The notes beneath the pieces were generated by a model. The model searched no databases. It had not been told where the DNA came from and worked only from the letters and a program-made list of their open reading frames with translations. Source: Oculatellaceae cyanobacterium bins.114 (GTDB lineage: Bacteria; Cyanobacteriota; Cyanobacteriia; Elainellales; Elainellaceae). Taken from it: 16,856 nt of DNA. Both the position numbers and the translations under genes were made by a program. Each line of letters starts with the position of its first letter. Positions within the stretch are counted from its first letter, which is position 1. Below, piece after piece: positions 1 to 6,287 of this stretch. Where the stretch lies: contig JANRJA010000064.1 in the NCBI GenBank assembly GCA_033764315.1, positions 1 to 16,856 on the forward strand, written 5' to 3'.

Positions 1-717
1 CAAACAAACCTTTTCTGAGAGCTTTGACACCCTGTACTATTATCGGCACGTCAGCCCAGAGCAGATTCAACAAGTTCTACAAGCCCATAGCGAAGGCACG
101 AGTTTGGGAGGGATTAGCCGCATTACAGGACTGGCTTACAATACCGTTGTCAGTATTGTTCGCTCAGCGGGTGCCAAAGCTTTGCTGATTCACAACGACC
201 AGGTTAAGCAGATAGAAACCGAGGAGGTCAGTAACAATGTCTTGCGGATGAGTTAACGGTGGGAGATTGTTGGATTGCCATCACGTTAGCGAATTCGAGT
301 GGGTTAATTTTGGCAGCACGGGTGGGGAAGCATACCGACGCATTGATTGAGGAGTTGGTGGTTAGGACTGAGGGTAAAACCCATTGCAAGCGATGGAATA
401 GCGATGATTGGGACGGCTATGAACGGGTTCTACCACCTGAAATAGAGCATTACATCGGCAAAGACAAGACTCAACGACTGGAGCGAACCAATGGCATCAT
501 GCAACAACAAACGGGACGATGGCATCGACAGCAGAACAAGTTTGGCAAACTGTGGGAGCAGACGAAAGTGACAACCCGACTAGTGGTGAGTTATTTCAAT
601 TGGATTTGGTCGCATAGTCGCTTGAGGATAACGGCAGACCAACGGGCAGGATTAGCTGAGCATCCTTGGAGTTGGGATGAGCTTATTACTTATTCCGCAA
701 TAGTTTGACGCACTACC
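1..717 (+). mobile_element. IS1-family insertion sequence, right part (left end outside window), probably defective
   Basis: Two transposase frames: 2..256 (KQTFSESFDTLYYYRHVS...HSEGTSLGGISRITGLAYNTVVSIVR, HTH-like) and the DDE half ending at 708 (GDCWIAITLA, WNSDDWDGYER, TQRLERTNG). They are followed by ...GACGCACTACC at 707-717, whose reverse complement GGTAGTGCGTC resembles IS1-type terminal IRs (GGTrrTG). Confidence 0.8.
2..708 (+). pseudogene. IS1-family transposase, disrupted at the frameshift junction
   Basis: The upstream frame reads ...ETEEVS-NNVLRMS* (stop 254-256), and the -1 frame reads QCLADELTVGDCW... The DEMWSFV-type first catalytic Asp motif and the A-rich slippery run expected between EEVS and this point are both missing. 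Confidence 0.65.
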
Positions 718-766
718 GGTTTGTGCATATCCAAATCAATGTAGATACTTCAATTCTTGGGAAAGC

Positions 767-1048
767 CTACCATTGAGGGATACAGGGATCTGGCTCATCA
801 TCTTGCCACACCCCAAAACATGGACCCGCTACGTACCAAAGACTCCGGAATAAACTGCGGTCCCATCTGCAACAATAGTCCCGGTGCCACAAGAGAAACC
901 CTGTACACATTGTACGAGTTTCACAATTTGGAAACTGCTGAAGAATAATTGCTCCCCCATCAGGAGATAAATTGCTAGTTGCCATCGAACTATAGTAGTT
1001 TCTCGTTTGATAGAGGGAGGCTTCTCCAGCGAAATTTGGCATACTCAT
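767..1048 (-). CDS. Small Cys/Trp-rich protein with conserved PxFxxExSLYxT leader (putative precursor C, 93 aa)
   Basis: ATG at 1048. A GAGGT RBS overlaps the upstream gene's TAG, with a 14-nt gap between the genes. Leader MSMPNFAGEASLYQTRNYY aligns without gaps to the two upstream genes. The C-terminal ~55 aa contain 6 Cys and 5 Trp. Confidence 0.85.
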   Translation of the reverse strand: MSMPNFAGEASLYQTRNYYSSMATSNLSPDGGAIILQQFPNCETRTMCTGFLLWHRDYCCRWDRSLFRSLWYVAGPCFGVWQDDEPDPCIPQW

Positions 1049-1062
1049 TGTTTTATTTACCT

Positions 1063-1677
1063 CTAGCTAAAGCAACCATATTCAGATGTTCCATTAACAA
1101 GCTTGCACTCTATACCATCCCGGCAACAGATTTGACCACCACAGCAGGATTTACCCGGCGGACACATTGCAGACTCACAGCACACTCCTGGCGGGCAACA
1201 ACCCTCACTGGTACAACTCCACCCCGCTTCGCAACAGCGATTATTGCAGATTGTACGACCCGGTAGGCAACAGCCATCTGGGAGGCAAGTGCCAAAGCAA
1301 ATGCGATTATTACAGACTGCATTTGAAGGGGCACACCCATCTAGAGTACATACTTCATCTAGTTGACAACATTGACCTTCACACCTTGCTTGACCCGATG
1401 GGCACTTATCATACACATCGCACTTACGGCTACAGTTAAAACGAACTTGTATTCGGCATGACTCATCAGCGCAGGGAAAACTGCTGATGCAATCCTGATA
1501 GCATTTCCATGGATTGAGGATATCTGTATATCGACTACCAATGGAAGATTTAACAAAGTCATTGATCGAGAGCGCGGGATATAGGGTTTCGTTCGCTTGA
1601 GCGAATTTCACACCCATACGATAGTGTCTAGTAGTCTTGTAAAGGGATGTTTCCGCATCGAATCCTGGTAATCTCAT
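1063..1677 (-). CDS. Cys-rich repeat protein with conserved leader (putative precursor B, 204 aa, 32 Cys)
   Basis: Start reassigned from TTG 1719 to ATG 1677, which has a GAGG RBS upstream (ACGAGGTTATTACATG) and puts the leader MRLPGFDAETSLYKTTRHY at residue 1. It is followed by a CxxxC...CxxxC module and CC-containing repeats. Confidence 0.88.
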   Translation of the reverse strand: MRLPGFDAETSLYKTTRHYRMGVKFAQANETLYPALSINDFVKSSIGSRYTDILNPWKCYQDCISSFPCADESCRIQVRFNCSRKCDVYDKCPSGQARCEGQCCQLDEVCTLDGCAPSNAVCNNRICFGTCLPDGCCLPGRTICNNRCCEAGWSCTSEGCCPPGVCCESAMCPPGKSCCGGQICCRDGIECKLVNGTSEYGCFS

Positions 1678-1706
1678 GTAATAACCTCGTCGTTGTATTT
1701 GCCCAG

Positions 1707-2435
1707 TTATGCAAGGCAATTGACTTTACAGCCAAGGCGACCTCCTCCCAAGTCACAGCATTCAAGTCCTGGTTGACAACACCCACCATCACAAGGAACA
1801 CCTAAGCCCAATTTACGGCAAATTTTTGCTGCATCAGAGGAACTAGGAGGGGGAGCTGGCGGTTTAGTTGTACCTGGAGGAAGTAAATCACTCGGAAATT
1901 CACTACAGAAGCCGTCTCGACAGAAGTAATTTGGCGGGCAGCATGTACCACCGCAACAACTATATCCTTTGGCGCAGCATTTACCCTCACAGACGCTTTG
2001 ATCGCTTGGACAACAGCCCTGGCGTGAATTAGGGTCGTACCTATCTACACATTGCTCATTTGACTCACAACAGCCTTCACCCGGCTCGAAGGGGTTAAGA
2101 GGACCACAAATCTTAGGACAGCAATCATCGATTGTGCATAAGGCTTGTTCCCTCAGCAAATTCAGGTTACAGGCTGCAAGGACTCCCCCAGCGCAAACAG
2201 GGTAGAAAGGACCCGATGCTATGCAACCTATCCCACCTATCGCAAGGCACCCTCCCATATTTCTTAAAGCGATCTCTGAACATCGGTTACACTTTGCTTG
2301 GGTTTCTGAACTAGGAAAGTAGGCAGCAACAACTAATTGAGCGTTTGGCGAACCATTAAACTCAGTACTTGAAGAACGATAATTGTTGCTCGTCTTGTAT
2401 AACGAAGCTTTGGCTGTAAACGTAGGTATGCTCAT
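1707..2435 (-). CDS. Cys-rich repeat protein with conserved leader (putative precursor A, 242 aa, 32 Cys)
   Basis: ATGA overlap with the upstream stop, and GGAGG 6 nt upstream. Leader MSIPTFTAKASLYKTSNNY, then a Gly-rich hydrophobic Cys hairpin, CC repeats, a Pro-rich linker (PPGTTKPPAPPPSSS) and a terminal 8-Cys module. Confidence 0.88.
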   Translation of the reverse strand: MSIPTFTAKASLYKTSNNYRSSSTEFNGSPNAQLVVAAYFPSSETQAKCNRCSEIALRNMGGCLAIGGIGCIASGPFYPVCAGGVLAACNLNLLREQALCTIDDCCPKICGPLNPFEPGEGCCESNEQCVDRYDPNSRQGCCPSDQSVCEGKCCAKGYSCCGGTCCPPNYFCRDGFCSEFPSDLLPPGTTKPPAPPPSSSDAAKICRKLGLGVPCDGGCCQPGLECCDLGGGRLGCKVNCLA

Positions 2436-3355
2436 CTCATACCTCCAATCTCGCGATCATAGTAGGGTGACATCTTGGTCACCAGGAACGGAAACTCTTC
2501 AGTCACATCAACGCGCACACAAAACTTTTCTGTAAAATCGGTGTTGCGGTTGGTATAAGCGAAAATGACATCGACGATTTTGCGAGTACTGCTTAATGGT
2601 GACAGGCGCACTTCCACCCCGGTCAATGAAAAATCCAGCGCAAATCTCTCAGCAGCCTTGGCATAAATGACAGGATAGCGCATTGCTAAGTAGTTTAAGG
2701 CTCGGTGTTCGTCGGTTGCACCTGCATTATCCGTTAGCTGCATAATTCTATTGAACAGTTCCTCGGCTGCTGGACGAAACTGTTCAGGATTAATTTCTTC
2801 TGGATTAGGAATAGCGTCAATGAGCGCATCTCGATTAAAGGAATAGATTTGATCGAAAAGGATAATGGGCACCATCAAGCCATTACACATTTCTGGTGGG
2901 GCAATGGGACCGCGCATCCCAATTACAACATTAATATTATTAGAGTCAGGTGTGGGACGGATGGAATCTACTAATAGATCGATGTCCGCTGGATCGCGTG
3001 GCATCAGTAAGTAAGTTTCTAGCCCTTGAATGCTCAATACCCAACATAGTTGGCGTACAAGATAGCGGTTTTGGCGTTCAGACAGAACTGCTTGAAAAGT
3101 CTGTTGGTCAGTTCTCCCGGCAGTATCTATTCGTCCTGTTGCCTGAGCAAATTCCTTCTCGGCAGCAAGATTTGGAAAACGGGCTTCAATTTGCCCAATA
3201 GCGTAGACATAGGAAAGCTTTCGCATGTCATTAGGACTTACGTCTTCCTTCGCTGCTGAACCGCCACACGTTGCACAACCTCCTTGTGGAACAATAACCT
3301 TATTTGTCAGAGCCTCCAGCAAGGAAGCATCATTCATTTCATATTGCTCGTTCAT
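2432..3355 (-). CDS. Stand-alone cyanobactin protease PatA/PatG C-terminal domain (DUF) protein
   Basis: Motifs YVYAIGQIEARFP, DNAGATDEHRALNYLAMRY and VDVIFAY...RVDVTEEFPFLV resemble the PatA/PatG C-terminal DUF (VYALG.IGYDF, N.G....RALNF, DV.L.F...IDVSD..P). AAGGA RBS upstream. N-terminal VIVPQGGCATC. Confidence 0.82.
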   Translation of the reverse strand: MNEQYEMNDASLLEALTNKVIVPQGGCATCGGSAAKEDVSPNDMRKLSYVYAIGQIEARFPNLAAEKEFAQATGRIDTAGRTDQQTFQAVLSERQNRYLVRQLCWVLSIQGLETYLLMPRDPADIDLLVDSIRPTPDSNNINVVIGMRGPIAPPEMCNGLMVPIILFDQIYSFNRDALIDAIPNPEEINPEQFRPAAEELFNRIMQLTDNAGATDEHRALNYLAMRYPVIYAKAAERFALDFSLTGVEVRLSPLSSTRKIVDVIFAYTNRNTDFTEKFCVRVDVTEEFPFLVTKMSPYYDREIGGMR

Positions 3356-3403
3356 AGTTATTTATCCTTGAAAGCAGTTTTCTTTGACCCACAAAATGAA
3401 GGT

Positions 3404-3417
3404 TTCTGATATCAGAA
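3404..3417. repeat. Perfect 14-bp palindrome TTCTGATATCAGAA in the protease-DUF intergenic gap
   Basis: Read directly from the sequence; function unknown. Confidence 0.6.
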
Positions 3418-3433
3418 GTAGCATCACCTGTAG

Positions 3434-4324
3434 TTATTCTTTCTTCATTTTTTGCCCATGGGCTTTTAACAGTGTTTGATAGGCAGCAGCAGCATCCATC
3501 ACAGGTGGAACGACCGAGGTTCGTCGTAGCGTGTTCACTTGGGTGATAGCAAGTTTAATTTGTGCGGCGGTTGCGTTAGGAAATTCAGACCATAACAATG
3601 CTATTGCTCCAGTCACGAACGGTACCGCGACACTTGTTCCCCCAAGTGTCAATGATTGACCTTCGGAACCAAGGCTAGTAATGCTGTCGCCTGGTGCACT
3701 TATTCCCCACCTACCAAGCGAACTGCCCAAATTCGATTGGTTCATCGGTTGACCACGTAGATTACATGCAACGACTGGAATGATCCAGGGGTGGCGAGTG
3801 ATAGCGGAGCTTCCAAGAGTACCTTGATTTCCCGCTGCTGCGACTATAAGCACCCCACGTCTAATTGCCTGATTGAGTGCCTCTTCTAATGCTTGTGCTC
3901 CTTTGGTAAAGGGTTGCACAAGAGCAAGGCTCAAGTTGATTACTCGTGCGCCCGCCTCAATGCAGTCTCTGATCGCTGCTGCAAGTTCCAGAGGCGTTGC
4001 ACTCGGCATGTGTTCGCGTCCAGAAGTTGTCTCGGCAAAAATAGGTCGTATTAGAAGGGTACAGTTAGGGCAAATGGCAGGTGCGGAGGACTGTCGCTTT
4101 GCAAATAGAATTCCGGCTACAAAGGTTCCGTGTTGACATGCTGTACTACTGGATTGAGTGCATTTGGATGCATGACTTCCGGGAAAGACTCGCCTATATT
4201 TATCCTCCAAATCTGCATGTTGGGTAACAACAGGTCCATCAATAAGTCCTATCGCTACCTCAGGGCTACCACTGGTGAGTTCCATCAACGCTGTGAGCTT
4301 AACTAATTCCAAAGGGAATATCAC
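3434..4324 (-). CDS. Subtilisin-like S8 serine peptidase, PatA/PatG (cyanobactin maturation protease)-like, no signal peptide
   Basis: Catalytic residues D29 (GLIDGPV), H65 (HGTFVAG), oxyanion N166 (AAAGNQG) and S231 (GGTSVAVPFVTG). DGPV and ARVINLS motifs are as in PatA-type domains. GTG start with AAGGA RBS. No signal peptide or propeptide is visible. Confidence 0.92.
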   Translation of the reverse strand: MIFPLELVKLTALMELTSGSPEVAIGLIDGPVVTQHADLEDKYRRVFPGSHASKCTQSSSTACQHGTFVAGILFAKRQSSAPAICPNCTLLIRPIFAETTSGREHMPSATPLELAAAIRDCIEAGARVINLSLALVQPFTKGAQALEEALNQAIRRGVLIVAAAGNQGTLGSSAITRHPWIIPVVACNLRGQPMNQSNLGSSLGRWGISAPGDSITSLGSEGQSLTLGGTSVAVPFVTGAIALLWSEFPNATAAQIKLAITQVNTLRRTSVVPPVMDAAAAYQTLLKAHGQKMKKE

Positions 4325-4379
4325 GATATATTTTCCTTGCTAGATTTGCATCCAACTAATAGCTAGCATCACCAGCGAT

Positions 4380-4411
4380 AGGAAAATTGAAACGAAATTG
4401 GGAATTTTCCT
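4380..4411. promoter_or_regulatory. Inverted repeat AGGAAAATT-N14-AATTTTCCT upstream of the protease operon (possible operator)
   Basis: 9-bp perfect arms, ~55 nt upstream of the GTG at 4324, in the divergent intergenic region. The regulatory role is inferred. Confidence 0.35.
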
Positions 4412-4502
4412 TCTGTCTGAGTTACGTGATGGTTAGGCTCAATCACTCAAGTTGCACCAACGGCAACATCCCAGTTGTAATCCTTCAATGCCACAAGAGC
4501 AA

Positions 4503-4518
4503 TTCGACATTTGACCCA
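4503..4518 (+). repeat. 16-bp direct repeat TTCGACATTTGACCCA, copy 1
   Basis: Identical to 5298-5313; the two copies bracket the Uma2 gene. Confidence 0.85.
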
Positions 4519-4601
4519 TACGGTTATTAATCGATCGCAACATTCAACTTGAGAAGACTTCGGTAAGCGCAACTTATACTGAAGGAACGGAGGACATTAT
4601 C

Positions 4602-5285
4602 ATGGTCAACATCCTGCCATCTCCACAAAACCTAACCACCGACACATGGGTACGCGCAACCTGGGAGGAGTTTTTGGCAGCGTGCGATCGCCTTGACCTT
4701 CCTCTAGACGATCATCCTGCTTGGGAGAAAGCACGGTGTTACTACGATGCGGGTTGGATGAGGATTGAAGCTGTGGGAATTGGTTCAGCTCATGGGCAGG
4801 ATAATTCGATACTGGCAGCCGTAGTGACGCTCTATGGAACGCTGAGAAACATTCCTCATATTGCGTTTACCAATGCTAGTTTTCGCCAAGCAGGGGAACG
4901 AGAGTGTCAACCCGATCTGGCTTATTACGTTGGATCTGGGGTGCGGCGCCCTCCCAAGAATAATCAGCCTGTAGATGTTAATGAATATGGTGCGCCAACG
5001 CTGGCGATCGAAATCGCTTCTACCACACTAAATGACGATCTAGGGCAAAAGCGGTTATTGTACGAGCGTTTAGGGGTACGGGAATATTGGGTTGTGGATG
5101 TGCAAAATGCGATCGTGATTGCCTTTGCAGTAGCCGCGGGAGGCAGTCGGCAAATTCAAGTATCCCAAGTGCTACCAGGGTTGGCAATGAAGACCGTAGA
5201 GGAGGCTCTACAGCACAGCCAGACGACTGATGATACAGAGGTCAACCGCTGGCTGATGCAGCAGTTTCAAGCCATCAGTGAGTAG
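4602..5285 (+). CDS. Uma2/DUF820 family PD-(D/E)xK putative endonuclease
   Basis: Motifs QPDLAYY, PTLAIEIASTT and DLGQKRLLYERLGVREYWVVD are typical of cyanobacterial Uma2 proteins. GGAGG RBS at 4589-4593. Confidence 0.92.
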   Translation: MVNILPSPQNLTTDTWVRATWEEFLAACDRLDLPLDDHPAWEKARCYYDAGWMRIEAVGIGSAHGQDNSILAAVVTLYGTLRNIPHIAFTNASFRQAGERECQPDLAYYVGSGVRRPPKNNQPVDVNEYGAPTLAIEIASTTLNDDLGQKRLLYERLGVREYWVVDVQNAIVIAFAVAAGGSRQIQVSQVLPGLAMKTVEEALQHSQTTDDTEVNRWLMQQFQAISE

Positions 5286-5297
5286 TGCCCCTAAAAT

Positions 5298-5313
5298 TTC
5301 GACATTTGACCCA
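5298..5313 (+). repeat. 16-bp direct repeat TTCGACATTTGACCCA, copy 2
   Basis: Identical to 4503-4518; lies 12 nt after the Uma2 stop codon. Confidence 0.85.
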
Positions 5314-5355
5314 CTCGATTGTGAAGTTTTTGTTACTTTCGGCAAGCAATCTATA

Positions 5356-6287
5356 GAGTCCATTTGACATCTTTATAATGGAGGGTGAAAGCATCTACCC
5401 CCTTGACTTCAGTTGCTATGGCATATTCCAGCAGTCTCACCGATGCAGAATGGGAAATTCTTGAACCCCTGTTGCCTCAGATATTACCGCAGAAGAAACG
5501 GACAAGACCTTGCGATTGGACAAAGCGACAAATCTTAGATGGCATCTTCTACCAACTCAAGAATGGCTGTAATTGGGAGGATCTCCCCAAAGACTTGCCG
5601 CCCTACTCAACCGTTTACTGGCACTATAAACAGTGGCGAGCCGCAGGTGCAATCGAGCTACTGATGCAGACGTTACATGAGCAAGTGCGAGAACAGGTAA
5701 AAAAAAGCCCAAGTGGACGACGTTAATCATCATTGATTCACAAGCGGTGAAGAACACGTGTAATGCAGGTGTGGATTCCAAAGGATTTTGTTTCTACAAG
5801 GCAACCAATGGAATCAAGCGACATCTAGCCGTTGATACGCTTGGTTTTCCCTTCTTTACCCACTGCACGCCTGCCAACGTGACTGATGATGCGGGACTGG
5901 TTGAGATGCTGACGCTCAACATCGATTATTTCAAGGCAAAGCCAGTTAATATTCCCAAAATTACAATCTTGCTAGACCATGGATATCACGTTGACTATTT
6001 GACCAATGCGCTTGAGCAAGTTTATCCACAAATCATGACGAAAATCCGATTTGAGTTGTCAACAAAACCCTCGAAGCAAGAGAAGGCCGAACAAGGAAAA
6101 TCTGGATTTGTTCCAGCGATTGCAAGGTGGGTAATTGAACGGTCGAATGCTTGGATGGAGCGGTGTAAAATCCTGGTCAAGAACTTTGAGCGGACGCTTG
6201 CCAATGCCACGACTAAACTCAACCTTTGCTTCATTCGGCTTATGATTAAGCGGCTTGCAGCCTCTCCTTAAGATCTCAAATGGGTTC
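5356..6287 (+). mobile_element. IS5-family insertion sequence (932 bp), apparently complete
   Basis: IRL GAGTCCATTTGACATCTT (5356-5373) and IRR reverse complement GAACCCATTTGAGATCTT (6270-6287) match at 15/18. TATA flanks both sides (5352-5355, 6288-6291) as a probable target duplication. Confidence 0.92.
5418..6271 (+). CDS. IS5-family transposase, two ORFs joined by a -1 frameshift
   Basis: ORF1 MAYSSSLTDAEWEILEPLLP...GCNWEDLPKDLPPYSTVYWHYKQW (ATG 5418; GTG 5385 possible). An A8G run at 5699-5707 shifts into KKPKWTTLIIIDSQAVK. DDE motifs are IDSQ, LLDHGY and RWVIERSNAW. Confidence 0.9.

Noticed and set aside
953..958. Gly-Gly in precursor C (DGGAII) as a double-glycine leader cleavage site
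   Set aside because: It is not present in the other two leaders, and there is no C39 peptidase/ABC transporter in the window.
1678..1719. Upstream TTG start for the 218-aa ORF
   Set aside because: It overlaps the previous gene. ATG 1677 has an RBS and places the shared leader at residue 1.
3356..3436. Protease and DUF genes are in the same frame (78-nt gap), suggesting one PatA-like fusion broken by a nonsense mutation or read-through
   Set aside because: The gap contains a second in-frame TAA, and the DUF gene has its own AAGGA RBS, so two genes is the better reading.
757..4136. Short overlapping ORFs within the protease/cargo operon (757..948, 979..1266, 1110..1340, 2950..3201, 3873..4136 etc.)
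   Set aside because: They overlap better-supported genes and show no motifs.
767..4324. Canonical cyanobactin (pat/tru/acy) gene cluster
   Set aside because: There is no PatE-type leader or repeated core cassettes, no PatB/C/D/F genes in the window and no fused protease-DUF, so no pat gene symbols were assigned.
4446..4553. 9-bp inverted repeat CTCAAGTTG / CAACTTGAG, ~90 nt apart
   Set aside because: Short and widely spaced; compatible with chance.
4503..5313. CRISPR array or Tn7/CAST end interpretation of the 16-bp repeats
   Set aside because: There are only two full copies, 795 bp apart, with no spacer periodicity, no cas/tns genes and no clear TGT-terminated end with clustered sites.
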